64,000 nucleotides of DNA from Lepidodermella squamata. Its lineage: Eukaryota > Animalia > Gastrotricha. Each line of letters begins with the position of its first letter. Positions within the stretch are counted from its first letter, which is position 1. The stretch covers positions 558,001-622,000 of the forward strand of contig JBLDXI010000018.1 in assembly GCA_047495785.1 (NCBI GenBank). Reading direction: 5' to 3'. The notes beneath the pieces are model-generated. The model did not search any database. It was given only the letters and a program-made list of their open reading frames with translations, and was not told the DNA's origin. Positions 13,601 to 25,600 of this stretch are shown here, piece by piece. Position numbers and translations under genes: made by a program.

Positions 13601-16600
13601 TTTTGGCAAGTTTTTTGCTCGGCAAAGGCCATGCAGAGATTTCCTTCTTTGAGCCATCAAAGCCATCTTTGATGAGATTTGATGAGATTTCTCATCATCA
13701 TCTCACTATTGGTGAAACTTGAAGAGGGATCGTTTGCCAAAATTAAAGATAGCCCGCTGGCATCGTGATTACCTTCTTCTTATCAAACCTAGCCTGTGAT
13801 GTCCATGATTGAATAAGTAATTAATAAGTTGCTACGGCCACAAGTGCTGTTAATTTGCCCTTATTTTTACAGGTTGGCGGTCCTTATAATGGAGCGTATC
13901 CATTTAAAGCAAATCTAGCGGCGTGCGCTACAGACTACAACACTTTTCCGGTGAGTATTATGGCTACAACGGCCGCATTTATTTATAATTAAGAATAAAC
14001 ATTTGTTGTTCCCAGAATCGGAAATTCAACGCTTGCGTTGATGCTGCTCAGAAGTTGGTCACGTGTGTGCCGAAGGACTTTTCGTGTCCTAGTGGGGTAC
14101 TAAATGCTTTGACGTCTTCTTTTAACTTTTTGAACTATCAACTCGCTGTATGTATAGACAAAATCTACGGAATACCCGAGTTTGGACGCTTGCATTCGCA
14201 CTTCTAGCAGTGAGTTTTCAGTTATACTATACGACTTGGCTAGAATTGCTCTTCACCTTGGCAAAAATAGAGCCCGTAAATTGATATTACAACAGAGCGT
14301 GTATTTATTTCGGTATTTTCCAAGTTCTAAGATGATGCCAAATATTAAGATTTTCCGAACTATGATGATGCGTATATTTTGAAGGCGAAGCAGCTTCTTC
14401 GATCATGCCGCACATTCGCTGTTTCAACGCTGTCACGCGTGACTTCACTGGCTGCAAGTTGAACAGCAGTGGCTGCGGCGCCAATGAAACCAGCGAATTT
14501 TCGACTGGCGTCTACCGAAACAAAGCAAACTGCTTGTCATGGGTAGGATCTAATCTGAGAAATTCTATCACTGAGTTGCTAAAATACTGTTGTGTTAAGT
14601 ATGCTGTCCAATGCGATACGCCAAACGGCAAGAAGTGCTACAACATTTGCCCGGCTGGTTCAACTGCGGTGAGCTATTGGTTTTGAGCCGAGGTTGTTCA
14701 TTTACATTTTCATTAAATTAGGGCACCATCTATGCGAATTCAACTAAATTTTCTGATAACCACGCAGCCTGCATGAACGCTTTGAAACCTGGTATGTGCT
14801 TAACCCTAACGCTATTCACGAAATCACGAATACAGCAGTGAAGCACTGCGATTAGTAGATATGGAATGCGCAAAATCTCTAGAAAACACTGAGCAATTTA
14901 AGAGCGGTGAACATTAGAAGGCCAAATTCTATCGAGATGCTAATTTTAGTAGTTTTTCTGCTAATAATATTGATCTTGCTACATACACCGACGATTTTTC
15001 GAATGACCGATAAAAATCGCAACGGTGTTAAACTCAGATCGCATTTTTGTGCTTTAACAGCTATTTGCAACCTTGCGTGTCAAAACAATGGTACATGCGG
15101 TGCATCGGCGACCAAGTGTGTCTGTCGGGCCGGTTTCGTCGGCGATCTTTGCGAAAAAGGTTTTAAATTAGTGTCTCTTGTTCATTCGTCACAATAAATC
15201 TCAATGAATACTTGAAGCCAAGTATTTCATGAAATCGGGCAAGTTTGCGGAAGCGGCTGAGGGCTGCCGCAGAGGGGGCGGGCGGCTAGCGCAACCGAAG
15301 GCAACAGAGGAGCTAGCAGCTGCGAAGATTGTTGCCGATGGCGCATCGTGCTTCGTCGGGCTGACGGCCAAGTTTCGCTACGTCTTCGACAACTCGATAA
15401 TTACCGGGCTGCCGGTGGTGTATCCATACTGGTACCTAAACGTGCCCGAAGGAGCTGGCGACTGTAAGTCAATCGTTGAAAATGAAGTTGAAAACAAGTG
15501 TTCTACGCAATTGCCGAACACAGGTGTTTATATCGCTGCGACTGGTACTACCCGTTCTCAGCCGTTCGAAATGCGTTCATGCACTGATACACTTAGCCAC
15601 ATTGTGTGCCAATATCCAGCTACGGTACGTCAATTATTTTATGTTGAAAAATTGATCATGTATGATGATAAAATGCGCCCTGTAACATTCGGTCTGTTCG
15701 GCCTGTTCTCAGCCTATTCTCGGCTTATAATAGAAAATGTACTACGGCTCTCTCCGCGCTCTATCACGTGATCAAGTGAGTGCCGGAGCGACGTTGCGCA
15801 ACTGAGCTGCATAACTCTCAGCTGAGAAACTTGGAGCTATTATGCCGTTTAGGCCGATACGTTCCACATTGCGTACATGTTTTAGCAGATGAAAAAGAAC
15901 AGAGAGACACCGAATTAAAGAAAATATATTTTTAATCAGCGTGGTATTCTTTTCGACTATATTTGTAGTCATAGAGATAAGATTAACCTGATTAATCTGA
16001 TTAATCTGATCTCTATGTTTGCAGTCCAAATTCTTTTTGAAAAAATGCATCGCGCAATTCGACGAATCAATTACATTTTAATTATGGGTATATTTGCAGT
16101 GACGGTCAGCATCAGCTTTGCTATCGAAAGCATTTGTCGCACCGAGAAATCGGGCCGCGCGTATTTCCTTAGTGAGTCCTACTTTAGTCAAACTCATATG
16201 CACTCCGATAATCCTCCTGGTCCGGGTTCTTCCTCTAGGTGCAAGCCACCCGAACCCGGGGGCAGCCAGGTATAGATTTTGTTTATTAGACCTTTTTCAT
16301 CGTAATCACGTGACCTAACAATGTGTCCTAAATATCTTAAGCGTTCTTTTTCGGCTCAATTCCGGGCCCATATTAGTTCCGTCCAGTCGGAGAGTAAAAG
16401 TGGACTTGGCGTTACGCCAAGTCGAAAATTTTTGAAATTTCAAGGCCGCGTACGGTAAAGTCAAAGGGCAAGTTTTGATTATTTATGCGGTTTTGATACC
16501 AAAAGATAGTTCAGAAAATTCTCTATCGAATAGATATGGATTTCTCGCGGGAAAATGAGCAGAAAAAATTTACCGCAAATCCTAACTTTTGCGGAGCGAG

Positions 16601-19600
16601 TGCGCGCGCTCTCAACTAGCGCGCGTAATTTAGATTGCGCGTAAAACTTTTCCCCATTCATATTTGCGAGGAATGGTCCACCGCCCTTATTACTCCGATT
16701 TATAAAAATAAGGGTGAAAAATCCAAGTGTCAAAATTATCGAGGCATCAGTCTGCTTTCTGTTGTAAACTTTATGCTGTTATCCTCGAAAGAAAACTAAG
16801 GTCTTTGATTGGATCGAAAATCTCCAAATTACAATTCGGATTTCAGCCTCTTAAAGGCACCCGTGATTGCATTTTTGTTCTTAGACAAATAATTGAAAAA
16901 ATTATTTTCTTTCTCAAAGAACTTCATCTTGTCTTCATTGACCTCGAAAAAGCCTATGATCTGGTTGATAGGGAAAAGGTTTGGACAGCCTTGGAAAACA
17001 TGGGTGTCGAAACTAGCCTTATTGACGCGATTAAGAGTCTATATAAAGCAAATAAAGTTGCGGTAAAAGTGGATTCTGAGGTCTCCGATTTGTTCTATGT
17101 AACTAGGGGTCTAAGGCAAGGCTGCCCGCTGTCCCCTCTGCTTTTCATTGCTACTTTTAACAAAATTTGCGAAAAATTATACGACACAAAATTTGGTTTC
17201 CCTATGAACAACGGTGATTATCTAAATTTATTAGCTTTCGCCGATGATGGAACTCTTCTAGGCATGAACCATGACGAAATTAAGCGCCTTCTAGAAATTT
17301 TTGACAAGGCATGCGAAGAATTAGGATTGAAAATTAACGTGGCAAAAACTCAATACATGATCATTTCCAGGGACGATGCTGCAGTAAGAAGTTATGAACT
17401 AGAGCTGCGCGGATCGAAACTGGAAAAGGTTTCCAAATTCAAATACTTAGGTAGCATTATAACCAGCGACGGTCGCATTGACGAAGAATTAAATTATAGA
17501 ATTTCAAAGGCTGGCAGCGTATTTGGTGCGATGAATAAATTCACGTGCAGTAGGAATCATGTGTCATCACAAACCAAATTGAAAGTACTCACTTGCGTCA
17601 TCGTACCCACCATCATCTACGCCTGCGAATCCTGGAATATTTCTTTATGCCAGGAAAATAGGTTGAATGTTTTAGAATATCGTTGGCTACGAGCGATTTT
17701 AGGTATACACGTGATGGATAGGGGGAACACAGTGGCGCAGTGGATCGAGCGCCCCCTCATCATCATGAAGGTCGTGCGTTCGAGTCCAGCTGCCCACAGA
17801 GCAACACGAAAAAGTGTTGCGACCTTGAGCAAGTCGCTTCGCCCCAGCTCCCGGACCTGGACATGCAAAGCCTGTGTGTGCGCATGATTCCCTGTGTGTC
17901 TGTGTTAGGCAGTAAAATGCCCACTCCTTCAAAACGGGAAACCGTTGGAGACGTTTAGTCGTAAGGAGAATAAATAAAGCCATTATTATTATTATTATTA
18001 CGTGATGGATTATATTCCTAACATTGACATTAGATTGGCATTGTGCGGAGGTCTGATCGAAGTCAGCCGCATCATTGAAAAACAGCGTTTAAGATATCTA
18101 GGACACATCATTAGATCTCGTGATTACGATGAGGACGGCCTTCTGAACTTGATTTATACGTGGACACCTCCGTTCGGGTGGTTCGCACCGAGAGGCAGAC
18201 CTCGAACTAGGGGGATAAACGGCATAAACAGAAGTCTACACAAGGTTGGCATTGGTAAGGAAGTTCGCCGGAAGAAAAGACAACCCAAAAATCAGAAAGG
18301 CAAAAAGCCAGCTAAAAACAAAAAATCCGGCGAAAAAGAAAATAAATTTGAAATTAAAATTATTCCTGATCTGCAATTGACTGAATTACTATCTTTTGAT
18401 AAAATCGAATGGCGCAACATTGTTGACTCAATGAATGATTATGAATTTTTTGGAAAAAGTAGAATCTTCAACTGTGGGTGTGGGTGATTTCCATCTTTCG
18501 CCTGCCTTCGCCCTCCTCAAAACCGTTTTTACGGTATAGATGCTTATAATCGACAGGAGAACTAAATAAAACCATTATTATTATGATTATTATTATATTT
18601 TCGAGCGAGAACCCCATATTCAATCGATAGAGAATTGTCCGAATTATTTTTTAGGATAAAAACCGACGCGATATTTGAAAGTAACCCTTCAACATCTTCG
18701 CGCGCGGTTTTGAATTTGTCAAAAATAATTCAACTGATGCGCATGAGCCAAGTCCTGATTTTTAACAAATTCAAAACCGCGCGCGAAGATGTTGAAGGGT
18801 TACTTTCAAATATCGCGTCGGTTTTTATCCTAAAAAATAATTCGGACAATTCTCTATCGATTGAATATGGGGTTCTCGCTCGAAAATATTAATGGGAAAA
18901 AGCGCGCGGCCAAAATATTGTTTAAAATTTCGACTTGGCGTTTTGCGTCCACTTTTCCACTTTTACCCTCCAATTGCGCAACCGACGCTTGGGGGCCGGA
19001 CGGAACTAATATGGGCCCGGAATTGAGCTGTTTTTCGACTATGCGACTCACTTCAATGAGCCCTCCGCATAGAGCCAGCCTAATATTTAGAGTAGTCCAT
19101 TAGATGGACATATACTGTTGATCGAAGCCAACGATACGCTATTGTATTCAGCCTATTTTCTTGGACTATCGAGATTTTCCAGGATTCACAGGCGTAAATG
19201 ATGGTAGGTATTATTACGCTTCTCTATCCGTCGGCCTCTCCGCATCGGTTGAACCATCGGCACAGCCCTTCGGGTCGTCGAGACGAAGCCCCAAACCACG
19301 GCAAAGTATCAGCAATGGGGGTTTCCTTATTCTAAGTACTAGTTTTCTGTTTCCTGCGCAATTCCTTAGTCAGTCCTACTGTAATCAAACTTCTATGTAC
19401 TCCGTGGATCCATCTGCATAGTTGGGGGTCGTAACAACAAACAAAATTGGAGAAATATTAGATAAACACAGTTGGTTAATACACTTGATCAGGCCAGTTA
19501 AATAAGGGGTCATTGTAAAGAAGGCGGTATAAACAAGCAATTCGGAAGGACAGATTGGCGGACGTGATAACATAACGTGCACTATAACGAATAGTGGACT

Positions 19601-22600
19601 GACTGTATTTATACGAGAATGTTAACTGCACCAGCACGAGACGGCCTATCCCGGTGGGCAGCAACACGATAACCGTCAAGCATAGCATTAAGCGATGCCT
19701 GGTTTCTTGAGAATTTGTGTCATTCACCGGATTTCGGGCAACAGCTCTCGCGCCGGTAATGCAGCATAAGATTATTGACGCAATTTTGCATGAATTGCAC
19801 ACTCGTTCAATTTTAATTGGGATCATGCTGCTTGTGCAGGGTGCAGGCCTGAAGCATCGTAGCGTGGTTGACTAGACCCCGATGTGGCATTACTCGTTAG
19901 GATGTAACACGCCAGCATTTTCCATCATTGAATCACGAATCACCGAATCGACGAGAGCAATAAACGCGCGCGAAATGTCCCGCTGCGCTCTGGCTCCAAC
20001 CTTGCGCGCTGGAGCTATAACGCCCGACCAGTTGAATTCGCAAGAGTGGCGTTCAATTTTAGAATTGGCATGTATTGTGTAGATAGCGTCGTTATTCGTT
20101 ACTAGTTGTTAGCATTTCGCTTTGAACTTGTTCGTCGGTTGCCACGCGACGTTGACGTTAATCCGAGTGTCGTCTCTTGCAAGGATGACCTGCTTGGGGC
20201 ACGTGGTTGCTGTACGTCGTGTACGTCTTTTCTTTCGTTTTAGTAGTCAGGGTCTTATGATGGAAGTAGCTGTGGTAGTGCAGAAACTCGCCGTACGAGT
20301 CGCCAGAGAACTGCCCAGCAGACACGCCAGCTCGTCAATTTCGAGAGGCTTTCGTGGGAAATCTTAAAAATGTCATCGAATCGCTTGGTTTTGTTTGAAA
20401 TGACTCTAGTTGTTAGGGCAAATACAGCAAACATGCTTCCATCCCTGGCAGCAGCAGAATTCAAGATCGCAGCCTGGCATCATACATGTTCGTTTATTAT
20501 TCGAGCTTTATTCGATATTAATCGTGATGGGTGACCTGAATATCCGCACCGGCAATCTGAATAAGTTATATGAACCCCTGATGACCGGAATACCAGAATA
20601 AACCGGAATAAATCCTAATTCCGACTTCTTCCAAAGCTCCGTGCCAAAACGAAATTCTAAAGACGTTGAACAACCTAAATCATCTAATTCATATAGAAAA
20701 TATTTCTTTGACAAATTGGACGAAATGGGTCTTCATATTGTGAATGGCACCTCTGATGAATACGGAGAGTTTACCCACAAAAAACTCGGTAACAATCACC
20801 CTCAGGCATTCACCGTTGTAGGCTACGCTTTAGCAACCGAATCACTAGCGAATAATATAGCTGATTTCGAAGTGATAGTGAACGGAGGAATTTCGCATAG
20901 CCGATAGCCTTAACGATGAGTAGGGAATTTAAAATAGTTGAAAACTCTGAAATGGTTGATGAACAGGCGCATTTCAGAATAAACACAACTTATTTTGCCT
21001 CGCTATGGGAACAGTTTGAGTTATCGCTAAGTAAAGAAAAGGAGTGACTCCTTAGAGAATAAAGATATCACCTCGACTCCAGCGGTCCCTAACTAAGACC
21101 TTGCTGATCGCCGCAATTTTTCGGACTCTAATTTGAAATGGCAGTGATGTGCTAATGATAGGTACAGTTCTGAGTGACAACGGTGCTGAAATATTGTGTT
21201 AACATTTAAAATATATTTGAAATTAACAAAAATTAACTTCCCGAAATATTGTTAAGCGAGATTTTTTGATAAACAATCGTTTGAACTCTGCAGCGCAAAT
21301 TGCGGTTATTCCGGCAAGACAATGACGTCAACGCCGCGAAGGCGTTTTGCGAAGCCAAGGGAATGATCATGCTTAGCCTTAAGAAATACTCTGAATACCG
21401 CCGAGTCATAGTCCTAATGTATGACAAATACGTGGAGAACATGACGGTGTGGGCTGGATTTAGGCGCGATCCAACGGCGCCGTACTACACTTGGCTGAAC
21501 ACGGAGCCGTACGGCAGTAACGAAGCACTGCCGGATGGAATCGACGGACCGAAAATCTTTAACGGTTCTAGTACATGTAAGTTGCTTGTTGCAAGAAACT
21601 GTGCCTCAAGGAATATCATTTTTGCAGGCGGCGCAATGGCACCGGATGGCTCGCTCTACGCCGTATCTTGCGCGACTTATGTGTCAGCTCTGTGTGAGCG
21701 TCCTTCGGGTGAGTTTTCTTCATGCTCACATCTTTATCTTTACTACTTGGGATGAACATTCTACATCCTTATGCAGTGGTTCTCAAGTAATTTCCCCACA
21801 GATGCACCAGTGTGCACGAAAGTTCTAATAATTCTAAAATTAAAAACTTCAGCCTCAGGGAATATTCTATCGCTAAACACAGAGAAATGAAATCCCCTCC
21901 GATCTGAGACCGCCAATGACATTCACATAATGAGATTATTAAATACGATGGAATTCAGGCTTGCTAATGATGATTTCGGTGTAAGAATTTCCGATTCCAC
22001 CACGGCCTGCATCATATATCTCACACATGGTACATTAAATTAGCTTTTTTTGTTATTTCATCATGACGTGGAAATTATTTAAATGAATTGGCGAAGACAG
22101 ACAAGTTTTTCGACATCACTTTGTAAATGTTTGAAAATATGGCGATATAAACTTTTATTTGCGCCAATAATGTCAAAGGCAGTTTTGAAAAGCACATGCT
22201 CGTTCTCAAACTTGAGTCGTAGAAATTACCTAACGGCTGATTTTGTGAGGACAAGTTCAGGTGGATCGAGGTAGAATTCGCGATTTACTAGTTCATTCCT
22301 GGCAGAGGTTGGAATTTGACAAATTTGTTTCACGAACTGGGTGTAAAATGAGGAAACTTTATTCTTTTTTGTCTGGCCCCAGAGGCCACTGGCATAAGTG
22401 TAGTTGCCGATGACGTAGGAGTTGTGTAAAATATTAAATGTTCTCGGTGGAAGATAAGTAGTAAAATTCTCTATCATGTTCGGGATAAGTGCGGTTATAC
22501 GTTTTGTATTCGCATTGATAAACTCCGCCATTTTGTCGAAATTCAAATTATGCGTGAAATAAACGCCTAGGTATTTAAATTCTTTTACTCGTTCTATAGA

Positions 22601-25600
22601 TTTACCGTTGAGGGTAAATTTGAGGTTGATATTTTCGGAAAAACGTTTCTCAAAATCATCATTTTGGTTTTCTCAACGTTAATTTTAAGGGAGTTGTCGT
22701 CACAGTAGGAAGCTAGTTCATCGAGTAACTTTTGTAAGTTTTCGGGGTTTTCGGCCATCAGGACCAGGTCATCTGCGTATAGAATAGCGAGGATGACGTA
22801 TTGGCCAAAAGTTAAGCCGGGGATCAGATTCATCAAAAAAGGTATCAGGTCGTTTATGATAATGGAAAAGTTAATTTCTTAGTCGTTTTCAAGGAGGCTT
22901 GAAAATGTCGATGGAAACGACAAAGAGGCGAGAGCGACAATAGTGGTAACACAGCTCTTACGACTTCGGCCATAACGTCATTTGGGGTGATTTGGGTCAT
23001 TGGGGCCATTCGGACTCATGTTCATGTAAGCAGAAGAATTAGCATTACTCAAAAACTACCCGGCCAATGGCTATGAAAATTTGCAGCGAGTTAGGTGGAA
23101 AGACGACCCACACCTTTCATGACCTGAGAGTAAGTGGTTAGGAAGAAACGGGCTTACTTTTCATGTGTAAGTTTAATTTAGTTTATCCACTGTTCTGCGT
23201 TGAATTATCAGGACCCGAAAGGAATTTTGCGAGACTTACGCCCAATTTTTCCCATGAACATTTAAAACGCCCCGATCCGACTCATACACTAGAAAAAATT
23301 AACCCCTGATCAGGGGTCAGCTGTTTAAACCATTTTGCTGATCAGGACGAAAAAGGGACAACCCCTGATAATCAACTGTCGCCAGCTGATAATCCATGTC
23401 ATTTCAGGCTGATCAGCATGACTTTGCTGATCAGGGGTCAAAAGTGTGCATTCGCTAATTAACCAAGCGTGCATATGCAAATTAGGCTGCATGTTCAATT
23501 CAGGCTTGCGTCGGAAGGTCCATATTTTCAAAAAATAGTATTGTTTCACACGCGAACTCTATTACTTTACCTGTTAACTTAGCTATAGTCCTTCTCTCTC
23601 TAACAAGTGGCTCTACCAAGTGCCCTCATGAGACCCTGCCATGTTTAGGTAGTTGCCGAGTCCGGTGGCATAACACCGATGGCATGGATGGTACCAGGGT
23701 GGGCGGATCTTGATCAACCGGCTATTCAAAAAAATAATATACAAATAAAAATGAAAAAGGCTGCCATTTTTCTAAAAAAATCGAAATTTTACTAAATTTG
23801 CTGATCAGCAGCTGATCAGGGGCGCTACAGGTGATTATTATCAGCAAATATTGGAAGCAAAATGACCCCTGATCAGGGTGAGCTGATTAGGGTTCATTTC
23901 AATATAACCCCTGATCAGGGTGCATATTACCCCCTGATCAGCTATAGTAATGACTAGGAGCTATGACCCCTGATCAGCCCCCTGATCAGGGGTTATTTTT
24001 TTCAAGTGTACTTTCGTCTAAGCGCCAACAAGCCTAGCGTCATACTTTCGTCCTTTCGAAAACTGGGAAAACGAATGCCCTGCCCTGCATGGTGGGGGTA
24101 CGCTCACACGTCTACAACCGCTTCTGCCGGGGCACACCTCAGCGGCGATCGAGTTTCAAATCCTCGAGCCCAGTAGACATACGCGAGGGTAGTTTAGGGG
24201 TGAATCCAAATGCCACTTCTAATTTCGGACTACGCCTAAGTACGGGTCCCTAATTTCGGACATATCAAGGCAAGCTTCAACCCAGTCAAATTTGGTGTCG
24301 TTCAAAAGCCAACGATGAGCTGATGACGAATATCATTGTTTAGGTTTGTTTATCTGAGTTTCACTCATTCATGTCACCTTGAAACTCACACAAATACGCC
24401 TATATTATACTTTTTCGGCAAAACTATCGATATTCGTCATCAATCATCAACTCATGGAGGGCTTTCGAACGACACCAAATTTGACTAGGTTGAAGTTTAC
24501 CTGAGGTTGAACAAAGGAGATGAAATTGTTGAGCCTTTTATTATTTACAATGAACGACTGGAAGAAGTTAGTAGCTTCACATATTTAGGTAGTATAATTA
24601 CCTCAGATGGAGCTTCAAAAAGCGACATCAGGGCCAGAATAGAGAAAAGCTGCAAAGCTTTCGGTGCCTTGAAAAAATATATTTTTGGAAATAAATCTAT
24701 TCCTATTAGCGTAAAAATGAAGTGTCTTCGAGGTACAGTAGAACCGGTTGCGAAATTTGGGGGTGAAAATTGGACGATGACCAGTGAGGATGAACGGCGA
24801 CTGAACGTTTGTCAGATGCGATGCCTACGTAGCATTTGCGGTGTCACTCTGAGAGACAGAGTTAGGAATGATTATATTAGAGAGAAATGTGAAACTCAAA
24901 AATTATCTTCGATAGTAGCAAGACATCAACTTAGGTGGTACGGCCATGTTGCTCGCATGGACCCCGAACGGCTAACCCACCGAGTACGGTATTGGAACGT
25001 GCCGGAGGGTTGGAAACGGCCTAGAGGCAGACCTAAGCTAAGGTGGCTCGACTGTATTAAGAAAAATTTGGGGCGGGTGGGAATTCAAAATTTAGAGGAT
25101 GCAGATGATCTAGCGAAGGACAGAAATGAGTGGAGGCTGAAAATTCATAGTCTGGGGTGATGAATATGATTCTTCTCGAGGGTTTTTGCATATTTTGTAT
25201 TACTGATGAAAAATGATTTCGGGTTGACTAGGATCGGTCCCCTAGACTGGTCCTCCTCCGACACGCGCTCTGCTTGCCAGGTCACCACCGTGACCTGTCC
25301 GGCAGGGTGTGTACACCGGAGTGATTCAGCACAACTGTCTGAATTTGAGCACTGTCCGAAATTAGAGCGGTTCACTCTAATATGCTGGATTGATAAGCCG
25401 CGTAAGCCGGTCAACATGCCGATCGAAGTGGGAATTTCTAATTCTACTATCCAAAATTAGCTAGGAATTTGCGGCGGTTAAAACACAGTTGGTTAAACCG
25501 CATTTTGAAATGACCGGTTAAAACTCGGCTAAAACCGGCTAGTTAAAACCGCGGTTATAACTTATCACCGTACACCACATTGGTTGTGCGATATTGTTAT

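Larger units (their letters stand above)
16352..19030. mobile_element. Non-autonomous TIR (foldback-type) DNA element, ~740 bp without its LINE insert, 5-bp TSD
   Basis: TIR C(G/A)GCTCAATTCCGGGCCCATATTAGTTCCGTCC at both ends; TTTTT on both flanks; internal palindrome at 18595-18889. Confidence 0.85.

Noticed and set aside
17720-17795. Functional tRNA gene
   Set aside because: No proper acceptor stem. It continues into a SINE body, LINE-like tail and TSD.
16727-17887. 386-aa ORF as an intact standalone gene
   Set aside because: It is a 5'-truncated LINE RT that reads into the inserted SINE; it lacks the endonuclease and has an upstream frameshift.
25470-25560. GGTTAAAAC repeats as telomeric sequence
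   Set aside because: Irregularly spaced and not a TTAGG/TTAGGC/TTAGGG tandem; more likely a transposon subterminal remnant.
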